This document shows positions 55,701 through 64,000 of a stretch of 64,000 bases of DNA, one piece after another. The DNA is taken from positions 94,426,001-94,490,000 of the forward strand of contig OX597819.1 of assembly GCA_951406725.2 (NCBI GenBank). Direction: 5' to 3'. Origin of the DNA: Octopus vulgaris. Its lineage: Eukaryota. Position 1 is the stretch's first letter; each line of letters opens with the position of its first letter. The notes under the pieces were generated by a model, which saw nothing but the letters and a program-made list of their open reading frames with translations, did not search any database and was not told where the DNA came from. The position numbers and the translations under genes are program-made.

Positions 55701-58700
55701 TGGATGAAGGAAAAACTCCAGAATCTGTACCTTCTGTGAGTATTATTCAAGTTTTAAATGTTACAAAATGAAGATTCTGTATTTTAACCACTTTTACATG
55801 GCTTTATGCATGGTTCTACATACAATATATGTATGTACTGCATGGCAGTATGTACAGATATTGCACTGCATATTCTTTTGCATAGGATACATGAGTTCCT
55901 AAATTGTTATTACTAATGCTGGTACATCACTAATTTTCTGTCATCTTTGGTTCAAGATTGCTACATTAAAAGAGGTTACATTATTAGTGATTCTGAGTAA
56001 ATTCCAAGAAGACTGTTACCATGTTATTAATGGCTATTTTGCTACTAAACATTCACAACACACCTTTGTCTATTCACTTGAACCATATTATAAAACTGGA
56101 AACCTGTTTTAACCCTTCAACCTTAATAGTATGAAGGTACAAATATTTGTTAAACCCCTAATTATTGGACTCCCAACTTGGCTTTTGAAGCCAACTTTAC
56201 CTTTCATCCTTTCAGGTTTGATAAAATAAGTACCAGTTCAGCACTGGGATTGATGTAATTGACTTAGCCCCACCCACCGAACTTGATGGCCTTGTGCCAA
56301 AATTTGAAACTATTATTATTACTACTACTACTACTACTAAGGTGGCAAACTGGTAGAATTGTTAGTATGCATGCCAGGCTGAACGCTTTGAAGTATTTTG
56401 TCCATCTTCACATTGTGAGTTCAAATTCTGTGGAGGTCGACTGCCTTTTATCCTTTTGGGGTCAATAAATTAAGTACTAGTTGAGTACTGGGGTCAATGC
56501 AGCCAACTAGTCTCCTCCCACCAAATTTCTGGCCTTGTACCTTTAGTATAAAGGATTATAATTATTAAGGCAGCAAACTGGTAGAACTGTTAGCATGTCA
56601 GGTGAAATGCTTATTAGTATTTCATCCATCTTTACATTCTGAGTTCAAATTCTGCCAGGGTTGACTTTGCCTTTCATCCTTTTGGGATCAGTAGAATAAG
56701 TACCAATGAAACACTGGGGTTGATGTAATCAGCTTGTCTCCTCCCACCAAAATTTCAGGCCTTGTGCCTATAGTAGAAATTATTATTATTATTATTATTA
56801 TTATTCAAGGTGGCGAGCTGGCAGAATCGTTAGCACACCGGGTGAAATGCTTCACGGAATTTCGTCTGCTGCAATGTTTTGAGTTCAAATTCCACCAAGG
56901 TCGACTTTGCCTTTCATCCTTTCGGGGTCAATAAATTAAGTACCAGTTGAGTACTGTGGTCAATGTGATCGACTGTTCCTCTCCCCACAAAAATCCAGGC
57001 CTTGTGCCTATAGTAGAAAGGATTGTTGTTGTTGTTCATCATTTTCTTTTTTTTTACTTCATCTTCTTCCTCTTCTCCTCTTCCTTCTTCTTCAAGCTGG
57101 CAGTATGGCTAGCACACTGGGCAAAGTGCTTAACGGTGTTTCGTCTGCCCTTATGTTCTGAGTTCAAATTCCTCTGATCTCAACTTTGACTTTCATCCTT
57201 TCAGAATCAATAAGGCCTTGTGCCTATTGTAGAAAGCATTATTATTGTTATTAGATTTTTAGATTTCTGAACTTGTTTTCCAACAATGCCATCAAATAAT
57301 ATTTAGCAATGACAACTGTACACCAGGAAAATGCTTGTGTCAGCTATGCACAATATCATTTTAGGAAAAAAGGAATTTAAATTTGTACTGCATTCTGTCT
57401 TTTACAATACATACTATATTTAACTTTCCAGCCATTCTCAACAAATGTAATGGTTAATTTCATAGTATTTCTCTTAGCTTGTGGTATCATATGGAGAGTG
57501 GCAAATGTATGTCCTCCTGGGATTAAAATTACAGTATTCTCTGTTCTTAAGAACACCCACTTTTAAATGGCGATAAACATTACTTCTCAGTATAACTACT
57601 ACTTCCATCTCTAATATAGATTTTCTTAACAAACTAGTTTGCTATTTGTATACTTATTTTCCTCAAATTTTCATTTTAGAATGTCTGTCCAGAGGAACGA
57701 GCATCCTTTTTGTCTAATATTTCCTTCTGGTGGGTAACACCGTAAGTATTTTTATACTTATACCAAAGATCTAACTCTCATTTAATGACTTCTAAGATAA
57801 ACACTAAAGATTCTATCTTCAGATTTTAACAATTCAAATCTCTGTTAGGAATCCTCCCAGCTGCTTCAGCCATTACTCATCCTTGTCAAACACAAGCACT
57901 TTTACCATGGAGCATAAAACCACTTACAACCTTATCTTTTATCTTGTTTCATCCATTAGACTGTGGTCATGCTGGGGCACCACTTTGAGGAATTATAGTC
58001 AAACTAACTGATCCCAGTACTTACTTTATTTTTAAGTCTGGTACTTATTCTATCGGTCATTTTTGCTGAACTGCTAAGTTACAGGGATATAAACACACCA
58101 ACAATAGTCGTCAAGTAATTGGGCTGGGGGCAAACACACACACTCGCACATATATGACAGGCTTCTTTCAGTTTCTATCTACTGAATCTACTCACAAGGC
58201 TTTAGTCAGCCTAAAGCTATAGCAGAAGTTACTTGCCCAAGGGGCCATGCAGTGAGACTGAACCCAGATCCATGAGGTTGCAAAGCAAATTTCTTACCAC
58301 ATAGCCACACCTGCATCTTACTTAAGTCTTTCTTCTAAGTAGCAATAATTATCTCTTAATCTTGAGTTATATTGTTGCTGAGGAGGTTCTAATTTGTTAA
58401 AGTGTCTTAGGACACAAAATGCACTCTTATAAGAATCCCACTGACAACAAAATGGACTAAATGAGTGGTAGATCACATAAAGGATCTTGAGCAATAATGA
58501 CAGTAAAGTTGTGACAATTAAAGATAAATGAACTGAATGTCTTTCATTATATATTCATTGTAAACTTCAGTGGTAAATTAAGTTATAAAGTGTATTTAGA
58601 AATTGACTGTATCTTCACACAAGAGGATTTTTTTTAATAAGTTCCTAAGTTATAGGCGCAGGAGTGGCTGTGTGGTAAGTAGCTTGTTTACCAACCACAT

Positions 58701-58815
58701 AGTTCCGGGTTCAGTCCCACTGCGTGGCACCTTGGGCAAGTGTCTTCTACTATAGCCTCAGGCTGACCAAAGCCTTGCGAGTGGATTTGGTAGATGGAAA
58801 CTGAAAGAAGCCTGT

Positions 58816-58880
<65 letters not shown>

Positions 58881-59700
58881 TTGTGTGTCTATGTTTGTCC
58901 CATCCAACATCGCTTGACAACCGATGCTGGTGTGTTTATGTCCCCGTCACTTAGCGGTTTGGCAAAAAGAGACCGATAGAATAAGTACTGGGCTTACAAA
59001 GAATAAGTCCCGGGGTCGAGTTGCTTGATTAAAGGCAGTGCTCCAGCATGGCCACAGTCAAATGACTGAAAACAAGTAAAAGAGTAAGTTCTGTAATTTA
59101 TTCCCCACAGGCATGAATAAGTGTAAGATGTACGTAAGGATAAAAGGAACTTCAAAGCATTGTGCCTCAATTAATAATTAATGTCTCAAACTGAAGAACT
59201 TACTAACTGAATATGATGTCTAAATGTTTTAACACTGGATTATGTTATGAAGTAATATTTACTAATCATTTGTTTTACAGATTACTGGTAAAAGGTTACC
59301 GTAAAAGTCTTGAATTCAAAGACTTGTGGACATTAAATTCTTACTTAACTTCTAAAGAGATTGTTGTATATTTCAACAAATATTGGCAAGAAGAATCAAA
59401 AAAGCATGTAAAGTAAGTAACTATTTCCTTGAGCATTTGTATCATGGATCATAGGTCAAAGATGTCAGTTGGCACTAGCTTTTCAATTTAATAGTATTCA
59501 GTACTCGTTTTCTTTTATATCTACAAAGAGCAGTGTATTATGTAAGTTCATGATAATCTGTCTCAGAGCTTAGTAATATTGGTACTGTTAGCACAAATTT
59601 TGAAGAGCTTAGAATCAAACATTGGCTGGTAAGAAATTGTCTTGTACAGAGTAGTATACTCTGATTTTAGGACTACACTGATGATTGTTATGATAGTTTC

Positions 59701-59732
<32 letters not shown>

Positions 59733-61805
59733 TACAATTAGCTGGAAATAGAATGTATTTCACAGAGTTTTCAATGAGATAAAGTTTAACTTGTGAATCG
59801 GATTTGTTGTATAAGTCTTGAATAAATTCACATTTATATGTGTGTTTATGTGTTTTTAGAGCAAATCCCATAGCCTTTGCAAGCCTACCAGAGGAAATTC
59901 CAGAAAGATCACAGTTCTGAGTAAAAAGTTTTGGGAAAAGTGCTTAGGGCAAGATATGTGAATAATTAGGTTTATTTTATAAAAAGTTGACTTTTCATCT
60001 TCATCATCATCATCGTTTAACGTCCGCTTTCCATGCTAGCATGGGTTGGACGATTTTGACTGAGGGCTGGTAAAGCAGATGGCTGTACCAGGCTCCAATC
60101 TTGATTTGGCAGAGTTTCTACAGCTGGACGCCCTTCCTAACACCAACCACTCTGAGAGTGTAGTGGGTGCTTTTTATGTGCCACCGGCACAGGGGCCAGT
60201 CAGGCGGTACTGGCAACAACCTCGCTCGAATCCTTTTACATATGCCGCCAGCACAGCTGCCAGTAAGGCGACTTTGGTAACGATCACGACAGAATAGTAT
60301 GAAGGAGATGAAAAGATATGGTGAGTGTATGCAGCTAGCCAGAGAAGCAGAGGCCAGTGTAGTGGTAATGTTTTACTTTGGATGTTTTTAAACTTGCTGG
60401 AACCCATCTCTCTCCATGTTTGACCACAGCTGATTTCTTTCAGTGAGAGAGAGAGAAATGGAGAAGAATCAACATCTGTACTGGACTGGACTGGTAGTTT
60501 TAATTCAGAATGGAGAGGGCAGGAACAAATATTTTGTCTGATACTCAAATGATTCTGCCAACTTGTCACATTCTAGTAGCAATACAAGAGACAAAGAGAA
60601 CAAATAACACTTCTGTAAGCTATTTCTCTTTTCCTTGTATTGTGTTGTTGTTGGGAGGCAGGTCGGATTTGCTAAACAGTTAAATGGCCTTCTCTCAAAC
60701 GTGTTCAGTGATATTAGTTTCATTGTCATCATTCGATATCTGTTTTTCATGCTGACATGGTAGGATGGTTTGACTGGGAACTAATGAGCTGCAGGGCTGC
60801 ATCGAACTCCAATTTTAACTTGCATATGTATAGCCTCAGCTTATGTGTTGTGATTGAGGTTTTGTGCTGTTCAACTATACAAAGTTATAGCTTCTATGGG
60901 AAGATGCTTGGATACTCTCAAGGTCTCTGTTCATAGATTCAGTATATCTGTCAGGAAGCGTTTAGTTTGTATGGATGATAGTTGTGTGCAGAAGGTTAAT
61001 GATGAGTGAAATACAGCATCTCAAATAAGGCTTTAATGTACAGAAAGAAGTGTGAAAAACATTACTGAATCTTAAGGATACATCCTGAGTTAATAGAATG
61101 GGAGTTAGAGGGAGCTCTGTTGGCAAATGCTACAATAGTTCAATCTTACAAGAAATTCCTAATCTAAGCTATGAGACATTATAGAATATGGGCAAGCAGC
61201 TTAGCTAGGAGTTTCTCATACCAAATACATTTTAAGGTTTTATGCATGTAACTGTAACCACTGGTTTTGTTTCAATCAATTACAGAAACAAGAGTGCTTA
61301 TAATATTTGACCTACCATCATATAAAATATTTGGTTTGTAATATAAACAACGTAAATATGTATGCATTTTCAAGTGAAGTTCTTTAAGATATGTATAATT
61401 TTTTATTACTGACTTAAGTTAGTGATACGCTACTTGTTAGGACAATAGCATCATTGAATGGATTATTATTTGGAAGTATGGAGATGTTAAGCCATTTATC
61501 TGTTTATTTTTTACCTCTGTTCTTTCTATGCTAGCATGAATTGGATAGTGTGTATGTAGTTGCATTTGAGTGAGTAATTTCTATTTAAATAAGTTGTTGA
61601 TTTTTGCTTCTGTTTTTCATATTTCCAGGACTCATAATGAGGAGCACCTTTTAAAGAATAACACAGATGATATCAAGGTTGTTGGTGGAAAAAAATCCAG
61701 CCTTGTAAAATGCTTATTAAGAGCATTTGGGGACAAAATACTTTTAGCTATATTTTTCAAGTTGATTCATGACATATTGCTATTTGTCAGCCCTATGCTC
61801 TTGAA
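31370..61805 (+). CDS. ABCC1: ABCC1/MRP1-like (long ABCC) transporter, 5' part, 8 exons: join(31370-31417,46027-46203,48667-48789,54498-54632,55613-55735,57680-57741,59281-59412,61629-61805); continues past window end
   Basis: All introns are GT-AG with compatible phases (0,0,0,0,0,2,2) and the spliced frame has no stop. Peptides match the MRP1 N-terminus: FC..LW/D...SWNTTNPDLTPCFQKTV, ERKGGIASSGILVAFW, CPEERASFLSNISFWW, KGYRKSLEFKDLWTLN, SLVKCLLRAFG...FKLIHDILLFVSPMLLK. ABCC1 versus ABCC2/3 orthology is not resolvable by eye. Confidence 0.93.
33519..33995 (-). mobile_element. CRE-like non-LTR retrotransposon, restriction-like endonuclease (RLE) C-terminal fragment, in ABCC intron 1
   Basis: CRCG...LSC...GRFARHTELN..NAL...LESSGLSRSDGKRPEG.T..P....LIWDVTVCDSFA, then frameshifted RLSLARGNAASVM. 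Confidence 0.78.
37376..37719 (+). mobile_element. SINE (family B head, RTE-type tail) interrupted by an LTR element; resumes at 40322-40395
   Basis: GGGCATCCATCTGTAAAAATC | TGCCTCAACAAAC is continuous across the insertion and parallels 29780-29860. Confidence 0.75.
37720..40321 (-). mobile_element. Non-autonomous LTR retrotransposon (2.6 kb, Gypsy-like): 5' LTR 39861-40321, PBS tRNA-Trp 39840-39859, PPT 38327-38338, 3' LTR 37720-38326
   Basis: 435-bp direct repeats (37892-38326 vs 39887-40321, 10 mismatches by hand count); TG..CA ends; PBS TGGTGACCCCGACGTGATTC complementary to the tRNA-Trp 3' end; PPT GGAGGGGAGCCT; 4-bp TSD AATC (37716-37719, 40322-40325); no long internal ORF. Confidence 0.92.
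40679..40821 (+). mobile_element. Short 5'-truncated copy of the CR1/L2-group LINE seen at 19189-19602
   Basis: …TARFKVSLDHKWPELFT*, same 3'UTR and TAAC tail. Confidence 0.88.
41468..41724. repeat. ~257-bp near-perfect palindrome (two divergent copies of one repeat)
   Basis: ATTCTGTTGTGTCTGGGGAGAGTC...TCTTAAGA centre...GACTCTCCCCAGACACAACAGAAT; the right arm has a ~17-nt deletion. Confidence 0.93.
41564..41600 (-). ncRNA. Candidate minimal hammerhead, U3-A8 core variant
   Basis: Minus strand reads TTA-TTGAAAA-G-GTTGC(AAGAT)GCAAC-GAAA-AT-T-T-TAG. Confidence 0.45.
42230..42720 (+). mobile_element. Highly degenerate RTE C-terminal fragment
   Basis: Residual similarity to 13540-13838 and 21400-21690. 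Confidence 0.5.
43958..44828. mobile_element. Old non-autonomous TIR element (pogo/Tc1-mariner-like)
   Basis: Imperfect 26-bp TIR (…TGGGGCACAATGAGTAA / TTACTCATTTTGCCCCACTCTCCC), TA flanks, internal copies of the TIR motif near 44165 and 44477. Confidence 0.55.
46027..46203 (+). CDS. ABCC1: ABCC1-like exon 2 (DYQLSWNTTNPDLTPCFQKTV...KIFILKL)
   Basis: ttttccag acceptor, CTG|gtaaat donor, 177 nt, MRP1 TMD0 signature. Confidence 0.95.
47955..48520 (+). mobile_element. Possible non-autonomous Helitron/Helentron-like repeat
   Basis: 3' segment GTATCAAATTTGAGCGCAATTGGATG...ACAGACAG..TTTTATATA resembles DINE/HINE-type ends; weak. Confidence 0.3.
48667..48789 (+). CDS. ABCC1: ABCC1-like exon 3 (LGLFVLLTCVVIKLLY...SVLFLTM)
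   Basis: Polypyrimidine tract plus ttttag acceptor, ATG|gtaagg donor, 123 nt, hydrophobic, ends in TM like MRP1 exon 3. Confidence 0.88.
49420..49748 (+). mobile_element. Diverged RTE 3'UTR/tail
   Basis: GGTGCCACATTAAAAGCAC...GAAGGGCATCCAGCC...CCAACCCATACCAGCATGGAAAGTGGAC. Confidence 0.7.
49874..51200 (-). mobile_element. RTE LINE fragment: frameshifted RT joined by deletion to 3'UTR and tail
   Basis: PGPPGITAEMLK, YKCKGDALDTNNYRDIKLL, FGFVPGKNTTDAIFLVRQLQEKY, DMEKAFDRVPR, ELLYADDL, GLRVNSAKTK; tail at 49874-50255. Confidence 0.93.
54498..54632 (+). CDS. ABCC1: ABCC1-like exon 4 (LLVMIFLHIERKGGIASSGILVAFWLL...SVIE)
   Basis: ttccag acceptor, GAA|gtaagt donor, ER.KG..SSG...FW motif. Confidence 0.93.
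55613..55735 (+). CDS. ABCC1: ABCC1-like exon 5 (ENKAENVFNNIIFYITYAFIVIEFLLSCLLDEGKTPESVPS)
   Basis: tttcag acceptor, TCT|gtgagt donor, F..I.FY....LSC..D pattern. Confidence 0.9.
56190..57250 (+). mobile_element. Head-to-tail array of ~5 SINE family A copies in ABCC intron 5
   Basis: Heads at about 56340, 56568, 56808 and 57095, each after an ATT/ACT/GTT-type tail. Confidence 0.88.
57680..57741 (+). CDS. ABCC1: ABCC1-like exon 6 (NVCPEERASFLSNISFWWVTP)
   Basis: ttttag acceptor, CC|gtaagt donor, 62 nt, lasso (L0) motif. Confidence 0.95.
57935..58315 (-). mobile_element. Diverged SINE family B
   Basis: Reverse complement of the family B head and 3' module. Confidence 0.82.
58654..59086 (+). 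mobile_element. Full-length SINE family B
   Basis: AGGCGCAGGAGTGGCTGTGTGGTAAG (A box), GGGTTCAGTCCC (B box), CCTTGGGCAAG, internal (TA)n, tail CAAGTAAAAGAG. Confidence 0.92.
59281..59412 (+). CDS. ABCC1: ABCC1-like exon 7 (LLVKGYRKSLEFKDLWTLN...WQEESKKHVK)
   Basis: ttacag acceptor, AA|gtaagt donor, 132 nt, GY...L...DLW.L lasso motif. Confidence 0.95.
59996..60290 (-). mobile_element. RTE 3'UTR/tail fragment
   Basis: Reverse complement of 17465-17761. Confidence 0.88.
61629..61805 (+). CDS. ABCC1: ABCC1-like exon 8 (THNEEHLL...SLVKCLLRAFGDKILLAIFFKLIHDILLFVSPMLLK)
   Basis: ttccag acceptor, AA|gtaagt donor, end of L0 and first TM of TMD1. Confidence 0.93.
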
Positions 61806-62346
61806 GTAAGTGTGTATATTTGTGCATATTGCCTTTTCTAAACATTATCAAGCTAATGTAGAATATTATCAGAGACTTGTTATGTTGATGTTGAATTACA
61901 CTTGAAATCATAAAATTACCATGTAGTGCAAAGTCCTAGAAATCAGGTGATTGACTGCACTTTGATCATAAAGTGAAATTCTGCCTACATACCACAGAAG
62001 AGTCAACAAAATATAGGATTGACAGATATATAAATATGAGTGAGAGAGGTTTAAATAGAAATATTAAATTGATTTCATCTTCCTAAGCACATTTTATGTA
62101 AATTGCTAATTCTTCTTTTAAATTTGTAATGCACTGAGATTGAGATTTTTTTCCAGAATAACTGCATAATTTAAAGTTACCAATCACAGTCATAGCTGTG
62201 TGGTTGAGAAGCTTGTTTTCTTGGGTTCCAGTCCCACTGGGCAAGTGTCTTCAACTATTGTTATATTTATTAATTGGTTCAGCCCCAGGCTGACCAAAGC
62301 CTTGTGAGTGGAATTGGTAGATAGAAACTGAAAGAAACTTACTCTG

Positions 62347-62389
<43 letters not shown>

Positions 62390-62552
62390 GTGTGTCTGTC
62401 TGTGTTATATTTATCTCCCACCACTGTTTGGCAACTGGTGTTGGTTTCTTTACATCCCCATAACTTAGCAGTTTAGGAAAAGAAACCAATAGAATAATTG
62501 TCAGGCTTAAAAAATAAAAACTGCCGTTAATTTGTTCAACTAAGCTCTTTAA

Positions 62553-63625
62553 CCCTTTCGTTACCAAACCGCCCGAAACCACCCGAAAAATAATTTTGGT
62601 TAATGTGACCAAACCGCCCAAAGCCGCCTGTATTTACCTATTCATATTTAAATGAGAATATCAGAGCAAATCTCTTTAGTACATTCGTGAAAATACGTAT
62701 TATACTTCGTAAAGAGTTCAACTACAGTTTTGTACAAAAATCGAAGTGTAATTTTAATTCCATGAATTTTGGGAGATTTTTTTCCAAAATTTGTTCCTAT
62801 TGTGTTTTCAAAATTTGTAATTCTGACAAAAAATGGATACAAATTTCATTATATCAAGCAGCGAGTCAGAATTCGAAGGATTTTCTACTGAAGACCTTCA
62901 TAAATCTAACTCTATGACTGAAAAAAAAAAGCATGTGGTATTTGATAATGAATCTGATGTTTCATTTTCCAAAAGTGAAAACAGTGAATCCGAGAGCTCC
63001 GACAGCAATAAAGAAAATGAATTGGCACCTGAATGGAGTGAAAATTTAAAAACTGTTTCTTTCAGTGATTTTTCTGAAGAAACTGGACCAAGCCACAGAC
63101 TTTCCCAGAAGAGTAAAGCCTTAGACTATTTCTTTTTACTTTTTCGAATGAGCCTATTTGAAATCATTACGGCAGAAACGAACTGTTATGCTAAATGTAA
63201 ACAAAACGAAAGAAAGTGGTTTCCCATAACCTTAAATGAAATTAAGACTATTTTGCCATAAATATTATTATGGGTATCAGAAAGTTACCCAGAATAACAA
63301 ATTCTATCGTAAAATTTTGTTGTATACCCAATTGAATATTAGCTAATAACCCATTTTCTATAGCGATGTTTGAACAAAATTTTAATAATTTTATATTTTG
63401 TTGAATTTACCTGTATCTACCTGCAATTAGAGTCACTTTGTGACAAAAATTATAGTATAGAATTGGTTGAGAACATTTCATTAAATTATCTTCCAAAATT
63501 CACGTTACTATATTGATAAATAAAAAAAGTTGTTTAATGAAACCAGACTAAATTTATGATTATGTGAGAAATTAATTGAAACACATAAGAGGTGTATTTT
63601 GGTCAGAAATATAGTAGCGAAAGGG
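62553..63625 (+). mobile_element. Internally deleted piggyBac DNA transposon inserted in a SINE B copy (62190-62548 / 63630-63685)
   Basis: TTAA TSD (62549-62552, 63626-63629); TIR CCCTTTCG(T/C)TAC; ORF 62833-63261 with acidic N-terminus and ALDYFFLLF...IITAETNCYA...WFPITLNEIK, then frameshifted IIMGIRKLP; catalytic DDD region absent. Confidence 0.92.
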
Positions 63626-64000
63626 TTAAGGCAGTGCCCAATTGGCCACAGTCCAGTGTCAGAAAAAAGTGAAACATAAAAGATAACTGCAAACTGTCAA
63701 AATATTTTGTCAAATATGTATTCAAATCAAAGCCATTTTTTCTGATTGATCAAGTGTTTATTTCATCAATACAGGATGAATATAAGGCTTAATTGACCTG
63801 CACAAGATTTGAACCACAGAACTATAAGCTCAAAAATTGTTATCTTACTTAGCTTATATGAAAAATAAGTGCTGCGACAGCTATACCTATTCAACTATTT
63901 CTCCATATTTATGTTTCTGCAAACAAACTATAAATATAACAATAGTCGAATGCATTTATAACCTTAAAAATCACTTGATTCTATGGTGAAGTTTAGACTT

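Noticed and set aside
62833-63261. Domesticated PGBD gene
   Set aside because: It is truncated and frameshifted, lacks the catalytic core, and is still bounded by TIRs and a TTAA TSD.

Overview
AT-rich, repeat-dense eukaryotic genomic DNA, most likely a coleoid cephalopod (Octopus-like). That call is an inference from the tRNA-derived SINE families, RTE tails and (TA)n/(ATT)n/(GAT)n microsatellites, not from a search. The only well-supported host gene is the 5' part of an ABCC1/MRP1-like ABC transporter on the + strand. Eight GT-AG exons (31370-61805) splice into a stop-free 977-nt frame covering TMD0, L0 and the start of TMD1; the gene continues beyond the window. The rest is mostly transposon debris: several SINE families, RTE, CR1/L2-group and CRE-like LINE fragments, two Gypsy-type LTR elements, a deleted piggyBac, MITEs and Penelope-like remnants. 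The most interesting observations are minimal type-I hammerhead ribozyme motifs (one a U3-A8 covariant inside a ~257-bp palindrome), an LTR element whose two LTRs have different U5 ends, an LTR element with poly(A) instead of a tRNA PBS, a tRNA-Glu/RTE-tail chimera, and head/tail swapping among SINEs. Coordinates were counted by hand; repeat boundaries without TSD/TIR evidence are approximate.
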